This document shows positions 11,601 through 23,900 of a stretch of 64,000 bases of DNA, piece by piece (the stretch's first letter is position 1; each line of letters starts with the position of its first letter). The stretch is from the NCBI RefSeq assembly GCF_001194135.2, contig NC_069000.1, forward strand, positions 21,514,997 to 21,578,996, read 5' to 3'. This stretch comes from Octopus bimaculoides. Its lineage: Eukaryota. A program made the position numbers and the translations under genes. The notes under the pieces were generated by a model. It was not told where the DNA came from. It made no database searches and saw only the letters and a list, made by a program, of their open reading frames with translations.

Positions 11601-14600
11601 CTATTCTTTTATTTGTCTCAGTCATTTGACTGCGGCCTTGTTGGAGCACCGCCTTTAGTCGAACAAATCAACCCCAGGACTTATTCTTTGTAAGCATAGT
11701 ACTTATTCTGTCAGTCTCTTTTGCTGAACTGCTAAGTTACGGAGACATGAACACACCAACGTCGGATGTCAAATGATAGCAGGGGACAAACACACACGCA
11801 CACACACACACAAACATATATATATATCGTCGTCGTCGTCGTTTAACGTCCGCTTTCCATGCTAGCATGGGTTGGACGATTTGACTGAGGACTGGTGAAA
11901 CTGGATGGCAACACCAGGTTCCAATCTGATTTGGCAGAGTTTCTACAGCTGGATGCCCTTCCTAACGCCAACCACTCAGAGAGTGTAGTGGGTGCTTTTA
12001 CGTGTCAACCGCACGAAGGCCAGTCAGGCGGCACTGGCAACGGCCACGCTCATCTCGCTCGAAAAACCTCATGTGTCACCCGCACATGAGCCAGCCCAGG
12101 GGCACTGGCAACGATCCCGCTTGAAAGATTTCATGTGTCGCCCGCACATGAGCCAGTCCAGGGGCACCGGCAANNNNNNNNNNNNNNNNNNNNNNNNNNN
12201 NNNNNNNNNNNNNNNNNNNNNNNNNNNNNNNNNNNNNNNNNNNNNNNNNNNNNNNNNNNNNNNNNNNNNNNNNNNNNNNNNNNNNNNNNNNNNNNNNNNN
12301 NNNNNNNNNNNNNNNNNNNNNNNNNNNNNNNNNNNNNNNNNNNNNNNNNNNNNNNNNNNNNNNNNNNNNNNNNNNNNNNNNNNNNNNNNNNNNNNNNNNN
12401 NNNNNNNNNNNNNNNNNNNNNNNNNNNNNNNNNNNNNNNNNNNNNNNNNNNNNNNNNNNNNNNNNNNNNNNNNNNNNNNNNNNNNNNNNNNNNNNNNNNN
12501 NNNNNNNNNNNNNNNNNNNNNNNNNNNNNNNNNNNNNNNNNNNNNNNNNNNNNNNNNNNNNNNNNNNNNNNNNNNNNNNNNNNNNNNNNNNNNNNNNNNN
12601 NNNNNNNNNNNNNNNNAGACCCAGCCCAGGGGCACCGGCAACGATCTCGCTCGAAAGATCTCATGTGTCACCCGCACATGAGCCAGCCCAGGGGCACTGG
12701 CAACGATCCCGCTTGAAAGATTTCATGTGTCGCCCGCACATGAGCCAGTCCAGGGGCACCGGCAACGATCCCGCTCGAAACACCCCATGCGTCACCCGCA
12801 CATATATATATACGACAGGCTTCTTTCAGTTTCCATCTACCAAATCCACTCACAAGGCTTTGTTCGGCCCGAGGCTATAGTAGAAGACACTTGCTCAAGG
12901 TGCAATGCAGTGGGGCTGAACCCGACCATGTTGTTGGTAAGGAAGCTACTTACCACGCAGCCACTCTTGCACCTGTCTGTTGACTATTTAAGCTTAATCT
13001 AATAGGCAGTGATCCTCAAATGGTATTGATAAATTAGGCCAGTTGCCAATATTCTATTCATGTTTGTCCCAAATTCTGTACTCGATCATCTATAGAATAT
13101 ATTTGCAGTTCAAATAGTGACCATTTTGTCAAGTAATCTTTATTGTTTCTGAAATTTTAGTTTTTTGTTAGCATACCTTATTACAATACTCTCACGAACT
13201 CTAAAAAGGTGTGGAAAACTCTGTACATACAAGATTTTTTCAGGAATGTATGTATAGTATACAATTAAATATACCAACAATAGTACATTGCTGGTTCAAT
13301 AACAGGCAATATTGATACTGGCAGGTTTCAAACCGTGAAGAAGTTACAAACAGAATGCAGTAACGAGCATTGTTGCATTTAGATGTCCATGAATATACGT
13401 ATAATTATAATTAACCCTTTTGAATTTTAAATTGGCCATATCCTGCCCGAATATTCTACCCGTTTTATACTCAAACCAGCTGGATCTGGCCTCTCACACC
13501 TACCATACAATGTTACTACTGTAAAAATAAATAATCATATCATTGAAATCTCAAAGCTATGATGTTATCCCTGATTAATTCAAAACAATGTAAATGAATT
13601 AGCATCACATTTGACAGAATAATCTGGTCAAACGACCATAGAATAAGCTAAACTTTTTAATTAAAAAGATACAATGTCATCCAAGTTGTTCTAATCTAAA
13701 TGAAAAAGAATTATGGGTTTCAATTTAGAGAAAAAATTATTTACATATGGATTAAAAGTATCAGTCTTAAATTGAATGTTGGCAAAACAATGTGAAGAAA
13801 TACACAAAGTTTGACGTAGAGAAATGAAATGTATGCACACTAGCATTTAATGTTAGTTGTAGCTATTTCTCTTCTGTAGGCTTTCTGTTTTTCCGTAAAC
13901 AAAGTCAAACAGTAAATTATAATTTTTCTGGATAGTCCCTAGATAACCTTATCACAACAGCTTTTAGAGAAAGATTTTTTTTCCCCTACATTTTAAAAAT
14001 TGAAATAAGTTTAGGTATGAAATGAATTTTTTTTTTTCTTTAACTGATTAAACCACCCTTTTCCTGTATTGTAGTTGCTTTCATTTATAGTAAATGGAAC
14101 CCATGTTCAGTCTCTCAGTCCTTCTCTAGCAGAAAGTCCTGGCCTCTACTTGAACTAAGCATATCTTTCCTTGCCGAGCCTTGTAAATAAATAACATACT
14201 TGTGTTGAAAACAACCAACCATAAAATCAGTGGTTCACCAATATTTTTACTCCATCAGTCACCATCATCAACATTTAATGTCCATTTTCCAAGCTGGCAT
14301 GGGTTTGACAGCTGGACAGGAACTTGCAAGGCCAAGGCCCATACCAGGTTCCATATTCTGTTTTGACTTGTTTCTATGGTTGGATGCCCTTCCTAATGCT
14401 GACCACTCCACAGGGTATACTGGGTGCTTTTTATGTGGACCATCAGTGCTTTTTACATGGCACCAGCACTAGTACCTTTTACATGACACTAGCACTCATA
14501 CCAATACTTTTTATACGGCACCTTGATTTTAGGATCTCAATTCTGTAGTGGTGAGCAGGTCTTCTCAGGTACAGTAACGTGCCACACATCTCAGTCCTCT

Positions 14601-17600
14601 GTCATCTCCTTCGTAAAGTTCAGCATTTTGAGATTGGCCTTCAAATACTTCGTCCCATGTCTTCCTGGGTCTTTCTCTTTTACAACTTCCTTCCACTTTG
14701 ATATGTCTCATTCTCAGTGCAGCCAATCCCTCTAACATTATTTTAGTTATCTGTGGTCCACACAACTATTAACTTTGGATTGAAATCACTTTAAAAAGGA
14801 AATTTGTATCCTTGAACCAAGGCCAGTCTCAGGTAGGTTAGCATCAAAAGGGTTAAACAACACTAATGTCTCTTTTTAAGACTTTCTACATTCTCGTTAT
14901 GCATAGAACTCTCATGAATTCATGCTGCAGTAGTTTTTATAAGTTCGTTGAAATTTCATAGGTAGTTTCTGTGTTGCATTGGAATTGCTGCCAACTCTTT
15001 ATACCTTACTATTGATTGGGCTCTAGTTAGGTGGAGAATTTGAACTTCAAGTGCAAAAAACCAGAATCAGATAGCACAAGACACTCTAACAATTCTAATA
15101 CCTATCAGCTGAAGGTTGGACGGGCTAAGTTGACCTTGGAGGAATTTGAATTCAGCCACCTAGATATATGCATACATAGACCCACTCAGAAACCTAAATA
15201 CATGCACACATAGATATGCATGCACATACATATATATACATATATACACAAATACATGTATACACACACGCATACACATGATGGCTGTCCAGTTGTGGCT
15301 GAAGATGACCCTCACTGACTATTAAGAAAATTGTGCACTCAAATAGTAATGCCCATGCAAAATTTCAAGTCCAATAAGGCTTGCATGACACTTCATAGAT
15401 CCTCTCCACCCTATTCTCATGATTCAGAGGCAAGCCAAAGAAAGACATCCAGTGCCAATATGAGTTACAGGCTCAGGGAATGTGGGAATGCCATGATCTC
15501 AGGCACAAATGAAAGATTCCTAAAATTGTCTAGTGCCACTCCCTGCATGTCTGGTTTTATATCAGAATGACCTTCAACTGGAGACATGCCTTTAACCCTT
15601 TCGATACCAACTTGTTTAAAACCACTCTTTGTACTATAGCACAACCTTCCTATTTTAAAGTGATCAAAATCACATTGCATTCACAGCACATTTCACTACC
15701 ATGTAGCATTATTGATCATATGCAAAAGCATCATGCAATCTACCTTTCACTCAGAGAGAGGGAGGGAGGGAAAGAGAGAGAGACCTTTTGTTGGCAATGG
15801 AGGTGATAGCTCTCTAAACTTTGTTCATCCTATTCTTATTCTAGCAAGTACATTTTCTGAGCATTTGGAAAATCTATTCCCTGTATATCCTAAGTGTTTA
15901 TTGCTCCTGCACGTCTTTCACATATACTACATTCTCCATTATCCTTCTTGTAATTCTGCTGCACCTCTTATGTGTCCACAGTTTGCACTTGGCACACCAT
16001 ATAGATACACCTTTCCTACATATCAAGCAGGGCCATTTATCTGCGGAGAGTGGAGTCCTGTCTGCTTTCCTGTTTACTAGAACTTAGGTATTTGCTAAGT
16101 TAAATTAAGGTCTTTGATTTTAGGTTTTGCTTCCACACCTGGAATTTCTTTTCTAATTCTATTATAGATTCTTCAGTGAGAACATGGTTATTAGGATACA
16201 ATAGTTCCCAAGGGCAGCTGGTTTTAAATTCCTGTTATGGCTTGGATGTCAGTGATGAAGAGAAGAGTTCTGAGAACTAAGCCCTAGTGAACTCCTACCT
16301 GTATTCCTGGCTAACTGTTGCCTTACTGACAGTATCCCTGTACATTCATCTACCCCTGTCCTTCTCAGAGACCACCAAATCGCAAAGCGGGAGACCCTGT
16401 TGAAGGCTTACTCCAGGTCAACAAATTGAACCTTACTTTTAGTTTCATACTAAGAAGATAGTATCAGTAGTACCTTTCTTCAGCCCAAAACTAAACTGCA
16501 TATCATCTTTTTCTAATTAGTTAGGCTATAACTCTCTCTCTCTAATCTTCACAACCTGGTCTAGCAAATTCATACCTCTGTAATTACTTCTATCTGAGGC
16601 ATCTTTTTTACCTTTGTAACAGCTGGCTATAATACTGCTACATTAGTCATTGGGTATGACATCTTCCTGTACAACCTGATTAACTGACCTGATCATAAAT
16701 CAGTCAATTAGATTCTGTTTTTGTTATTTGACTTCAATTCCTTCCAGAATCTTTTTATTTGGTATTTTGCTTTGGGTGTTCTCAAAATTAATTTAGATTT
16801 AAGCCCTGGTCTGGCTTACTTTTCTTACTTTCTGATTTGTGTCTACTTCTTGAATTTTCTGTTTAATATCTTTTACTTGTTTGGGGCTTTAATTGAATGG
16901 ATTGACCTCAGTACTAATTTTTAAGTCTGTTACTTATTCTGTTGGTCCCTTTTACCAAATCATTAAGTTACAGGGAGGTAAGCAAACCAATACTGACTGT
17001 CAAGCGGTGGTGGGGGACAGACAGACACACACACACACACACACATTGGGTTTCTTTGAGTTTGGTCAGCCTGGGGCTGTAATAGAAGATACTTGCTCAA
17101 AGTGCTACTCAGTAGGATTGAATGCAGAATCATGTGGCAGGGAAGGATTTTTAACATAGACTCAAAGCCACATAATAGTGTGTGTGTGTAGGTGTGAAAT
17201 CAATGAAATCATTGCCATTACTTGACAGTATTATATTTTATCTACCTAAAAAGTAGGAAAAGCTCTATTTATTCTGCAAATCTACTACCTTACAATTGGT
17301 TTCAGATTTTGATGCAAGGCCAGCAATTTTGGGAGGAAGTCAGTCAATTACATTGACACCACCCCCTACTGTGATGAACTAGTACTTATTTTATCAACCC
17401 TGAAAGGATGAAGGGGCATAGTCAACCTTGGCAGAATTTGAATTCAGAACGTAAAAACAGACAAAATGCCACTAAGTATTTTGTCTGGTGTGCTAATGAT
17501 TCTGCAAGCTCAGTGCCTTCTACCACCCTATAATTAATAATAATAAGTGGAGATGGTCGGCTCCATTGTAAAGGAGTATTTGCAGAGGCCAAAACCAATG

Positions 17601-20600
17601 CTGACAAGTCAGTGGGATTGTGACTGGGCACCTGGAGAGGCAGATTGATGCTGTCAGACAGTGTTGTTGGACACTGGACTGACGGACCAGTTAAATTGCT
17701 CAGGGTCTGGTTTGGTCCCAACTGCCAGGATAAGAATTAGGAAGAGGTAACAAAGAGGGTGGAAGTTGTCCCTGAAAGGTTGGGCAGTGATGGTGAATGC
17801 CTACATTGCCTCTATTGTTAATCATTTGACTGTTGTGCCTTGCCCCAGTTATTAGTTGGTTAGATTGGAGTGTATCCTGTTTATTTTCTTGTGGAAGGGA
17901 CGCGTTCCAATAGTCAGGTGGTTGGTCTGCTGCTAACTTCCTCTGTATGGCAGCTTAGGCATGCTATGGCTTTTGATGCACTGACATGCAATCAAGTTGT
18001 GCTACTTGCAACAATTTTTAGAAGGTGAACGTGTGTGGGTTTCGTTTGTGAGATACCTTTCTACAGCTCATCTCCTTGACAGAACTGCAGTTCTGGGTTA
18101 AGGATAGGCCAAGACTGGGCGCCTGGCACTTAGAATGTCGTCAGGCGTTCACTGTCCTCTACATGTGAGGCAGTAGAATCGGTGGATGTTCCAGCACGTC
18201 AAAACTACCATCTGAACATGGTCAATGCCAAGCCTGTCTGAGTGGCTCCTGTGCCGGTGGCACATAAAAAGCACCATCCAAGCATGGCCGATGCCAATAC
18301 CCCCTGATTGGCTCCTGTGCCAGTGGCACATAAAAAACACTATCTGAACATGAAAGATGCCAGTACCCCCTGACTGGCTCCCGTACCAGTGGCATGTAAA
18401 AAGCACTATCCGAATGTGATTGATGCCACGCCCGCCTGACTGGCCCCTGTAGAAACGTTGCCAGATCAGATTGGAGCCTGATGCAACCGCTTGCTCTTCA
18501 GACCTCAGTCAAACCGTCCAACCCATGCCAGCATGGAAGACAGACGTGAAACGATGATGATGATTAGTAGTAGGGAAGTGCGACAACGACCTTCAGGATG
18601 CCCGAGGCATTGACAAAGATGAACTGGCAAGTCTATTCTGGAGGACTTTCTGGTCGGGGACTGTATGGATGATTTCTGGATGCCTTTGGCCTGACAGTGC
18701 TACCAGGGGGTGCTACCAGTTCAAGATAAACTCTACAGACATGAATGTGCTGTCAGACAGGCTTGTCCAAGGTGCTCGCAGAGCGATGAAACCGTTCTGC
18801 ATGCACTCATTCAGTGTCCGGGCATTGCTGATTTGTGGAGTTATGTCAAACAGCTGCTGTCGCATGTGGGACAGATCCATCTGTCAGCTGAGTCCATAAT
18901 GATGATTGCCCTGCTGCCGTCCTTTAATTGGGCAAGCAAGGCAGTTTTCCTTTGTCTGGTGGATGAGGCTGAAAGGAATGAGGACAGAAACATTCCTCTT
19001 TGGTAAAGCCCTCTTGGACTTTTGCAAGTGAAACTTGAAAAGGAAAGTGAGAGTGGAGAGGGAGGTGCTGTCCTCAAGTGAATTTATGAAAAGGTGGGTG
19101 AAGGTTGCAAAAATGTTAAGAGTGGATGGTACTACTCTCAGTGTAGACCTGCGAGTTGGAAGAAAGGAGTTGGGGAGGACTCTTTGTCCTTGGTATTCAG
19201 GGTGATCTTAGATGGTGGGGTTTCTCGATTATCCCTAGAGGTCCTTCTGTATCAAGGGGACCCCATTACTATCACATTTTGTTTCTTCCCTCTTCTTCTA
19301 GTGTTGTACCCTTCTTCTAATGTATACTGTGTATACTTTTTATTTATTATTATTATTATTATTTTATCATTCCATCATATGTAAAACCCCACACTTTATG
19401 TCTGTCTCTGAATTGTTCTCTTTATCCTTTGACCTGGTGGCAAATAAAAGAAATCATTTTTTTATTGTTATTTTTGTTATTTCTTTTTCAGCTGCTGCAA
19501 TTAGAACCAAAGACAAGATCTATGTTAACATCAAAGGACAGAAAGCCTGTTTTCGCCGCCTCAATGCAACTCATCAAATTGGGTGCTCCTGTAAGTGATA
19601 CAATAAACCTTTCAATTCTGTTTTACTTTGTAGGGTCTTTTTTGGTGGGGAGCCCTGACATGACTAGTTATTTGTACAGTAATGTGATCAAAGGTGTGGC
19701 TGTATAGCAAGAAGTCTGCTTCCCAACCACATGGTTCTGGGTTCATTCTCACTGCATGGCACCTTGGGCAAGTGTCTTCTGCTCGTGCCCTAGGCTGACT
19801 AAAGCCTTGTGAGTGGATTTGGCAGATGGAAACTAAAGGAAGCCTGATGTGTGTGTGTGTGTTTTGTGTTTGTACCTCATCACAAAGTAGCAGCTGGTGT
19901 TGGTTTGTTTACAGCAGTTCAGCAAAAAAAAAAAAAAAAAAAAAAACCTGATGGAAAATAAGTATTGGGATTGATTTCATTCATTCAACTAAAACCCTTC
20001 AAGGCAGTGCCCCTGCATGACTGAAAGTAAAAGATGAAAGGTGAAGTTGAAAAGCTTTAGCTCTATGTTAGAGAAAGATATCTGCTTAAAGAATCTTAAC
20101 TATAGTAATACTACTATTAATGTTGATTATAATGATGTATATAATATTGTGTTCTATAATTTGTACCACGACTGTGGGTTCTGAATAAATATGTGTCTGT
20201 ATGTGTAACTAAATTATAACTAGCTCTCTGTCTGTTACAACAGTGAGTCTTCCAGTTGATCTAATCAACTTCAAGGCGGTGAGCTGGCAGAAACGTTAGC
20301 ACGCCGGGCAAAATGCTTAGCGGTATTTTGTCTGCCGCTACGTTCTGAGTTCAAATTCCGCCGAGGTCGACTTTGCCTTTCATCCTTTCGGAGTCGATTA
20401 AATAAGTACCAGTTACGTACTGGGGTCGATTTAATCAACTTAATCCGTTTGTCTGTCCTTGTTTGTCCCCTCTGTGTGTAGCCCCTTGTGCGCAGTAAAG
20501 AAATAAGAACAGCCTGCTTGTAAAATTAACATGCATGTGGCCAAGCACTCCACAAGTTCATACCCTTAATATAGTTCTTGGGAAGATTCAGCATGACACA

Positions 20601-20915
20601 GAGTGTGACAAGGCTGACCCTTTGAATTACAGGAGCAGCTCATGTTTATCAGCTAAGTAGACTCATGCAATATGAAATAAGTGTCTTGTTCAAGGACACA
20701 TAGCTACTGCCAGGAATCACTCACAACCTTATGATTGTGAGCTGAATACTCTAACCACTAAATGGCTGTGTGGTAAGTAGCTTGCTTACCAACCACTTGG
20801 TTCTGGGTTCAGTCCCACTGTGTAGCAGCTTGGGCAAGTATCTTCTACTATAGCCTCGGGCCGACCAAAGCCTTGTGAGTGGATTTGATAGATGGAAACT
20901 GAAAGAAGCCTGTTG

Positions 20916-20947
<32 letters not shown>

Positions 20948-23900
20948 CATATATGTATGTACATATATGGTTGTGTATCTGTATTTGTCCCCCCAACTTC
21001 GCTTGACAACTGATGCTGGTGTATTTGCGTTCCCGTAACTTAGCAGTTTGGCAAAAGAGACCGATAGAATAAGTACTAGGCTTACAAAGAATAAGTCCTG
21101 GGGTCGATTTGCTTGACTAAAGGTGGTGCTCCAGCATGGCCACAGTCAAATGATTGAAACAAATAAAAGAATAAAAGAATATATTTATGTATTTAAACTG
21201 ATTGAGCTTGCTGTGAAATTAAGCTGAAGATAGCTTTTCAGCAGCTTGAAGTGAGTATGAGACTGACTGATTTCATTATTTAACAATTAGGTATACTAAT
21301 GATTGCTCGACCATGTATTTTGTGCCATTATGCAGATGAGTTTTTATAAGGTACATATTTGTTTGTATATAAATAATTAACCTTTGGCTACTATCTTCAG
21401 CGGGAGAAGTGAATGGACCATGGTAATTTGTTAAATAACAATGAAATTGAGTGGCCTGATGCACATTCTGTTATGCCAAAAAGACTCTTCTGAGCTTAAT
21501 TTCACATAGCTACATACCTGTCTATGTCCATATATTTATTTATAAACATAAAGGCAGCAATTCACGAGGCTCTGGCTGGTCCAAGGCTTTAACAAAAAGA
21601 TACTTGCCTAAAGTGTCATACAGTGGGACTGAACCTGAAACCATGTTGTTGGGAAAGTGAACTTCTTAACCACATATCTATGTCTGTGCCCTTGCCCTTT
21701 TATATATTATTTAATTCCAATATTAGCACTACTGATTGATGTAATAACTTCTCTGATTTCAGCTGAAATGAATGGCAATGTAGGTGTTGTTCACTATGTG
21801 AAAGAGAAATCTGATAGCCAGTGGATACTCAAAGATGGACCACATGCTCCATATGTGATGCTCATTGAAGCTGCTAATTTCAATCTGTGAGTTTATTGAC
21901 TTCATTATATATTTTCCTAATTACAAATAAATTATAAACCTCTCTGATCAAGCAGATGTACAGTCAAAAGTATTCCAGCTATGACCATCCTGTCTTTTTA
22001 CTAGTATCTTGGACTACATTATCTAACATGTTCTTAACTTTTTTATTCAGATAGTAGGTGTGATTTGAGGAAGATCTGGCTGTTATTTCTTGCAGGTTTA
22101 GTGTCCTCAAATATTGTTGAAGTAGCAGAAACAGCAGAGTAGTAGACTTCCAAATTCAAATAGCATAGAAGTATTTGCTTGCTTGCTTGCTTCATGCTCT
22201 TGCTTGATAGGCTTGGGGTTATCCTAGATTAGTGGCCCCAAAGACATGACATTATTATGTGCAGAGCCAACTAGATCCACCAGTGCTCTCCATTTTCAGA
22301 GGTCCCATACCAGCTCCTCTACATCCTAGTATGGAAGTTGACTCTGTATATCACCTCTCTAACCTCAATAAAATAACTACAATGTACTGGCATTGATTCA
22401 ATCAATTATATCCCACCCTTGTAAATTTTGCAGCTTTTTGCCAAAGTAAGACAACCCAGCTGGTACTAGTGCCACATGAAAAGCACCCAGTACACTCTGT
22501 AAAGTGGTTGGTGTTAGGAAAGGCATTCAACCATAGAAATCAAGCCAAAACAGATGAAGCGTGGTGCAGCGCTCCAGCTTGCCAGCATGGAAAACAGATG
22601 TTAAATGATGATGATGATGATGATGAAGAAATCATCATTATTATTCATATCATTGTTGAGTGTTAGATGATGAAATACTCAGTAGTATTTGGTTACATCC
22701 CACTAAGGTTAACCATTACTCTTCTGGGGCTAATAACATGAGTACCCAGTAGAGTACTATGGTCAGTATGATTGATTAGCCCCTTCTTTGAAACTTGTGG
22801 TCGTCAACCTAAGTTAGAAATTGTCAGAAATTATTTTTATTAGAACAGTGAATCAGCAGAATAAACTGGTGCATCAGAAGAAATGCATTCTGGATCCGTA
22901 TGTTTTTGTTCAAACTCTACCAAGATCAGCTTAGCTTTTCATGTTTTCAGAGTTGACAAAATACCAGTTAAGAACTGGAGTCTATGCAAACTGCTCTCCC
23001 ACAACCCTGCCAATTTCTGGACATAAGTCTGTGCTAGAAACAATTATTATTATGGCAGTGAGCTGGCAGATTCATCAGCATGTTGGACAAAATATTTAGT
23101 GGCTTTTCTTCTGTTTCTTTACTTTCTGAGTTCAGATTTGCCATGGTTGACTTTCATTCTTTCGGTGTTTGATAAAATGAATACCAGTTGAACATAAGTC
23201 GATATAATCAACTTAGCTCTTTCCACTAAAATTGTTAGCCTTGCACCAAAATCTGAAACTGTAATTATTATTATTAGTATTAAAGGTGGCAAGCTAGTAG
23301 AATTGTTAGCACACCAGGCAAAATGCTTAGCAGCATTTTGTCTGTCTTTATATTCTGAGTTCAAATTCTGCTCATTCTGACTTTGCCTTTCATCCTTTTG
23401 GAGTTGTTAAAATAAGTACCAGTTGAGCACTGGGGCCAATTTAATCAATTTATCCCCTCCCTAAAATTGCAGGCCTTGTGCCAAACTTTGAAACCGTTAT
23501 TATTATTTTTAAGGTGGTGCGCTGACCAAATCGTTAGCATGCTGGGCAAAATGCTTAGTAGCATTTCATCTACCTCAAGATCAAATTCTGTCGAGGTCAG
23601 CTTTGCTTTTCATCCTTTCAGGGTCAGTAAATTAAAGTACCAGTAAAACACTGGAGTCAATGTAATCGACTAGTCCCCTCCCTTAAAATGTCAGGCTTTG
23701 TGTCTTTAGGAGAAAGGATTATTATTATTGTTGGCGGCGTCCTCCTCCTTCTCCATCACCACCACCACCAACAACAACAAGTGGTGGAATGGCAGTAATT
23801 GAATGTCAGACTAGATGCTTTACAATATTTAGTTTTGCACCATTATATTTTGGGTTCAGAATCCACCAAAGTAAACTTTGGAATTTATCTCTAGGGAATG

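Noticed and set aside
12070-12799. Regularly spaced ~62-bp repeats suggesting a CRISPR array
   Set aside because: Units are contiguous with no unique spacers, there are no cas genes, the context is eukaryotic, and the array lies inside a retroposon with a TSD.
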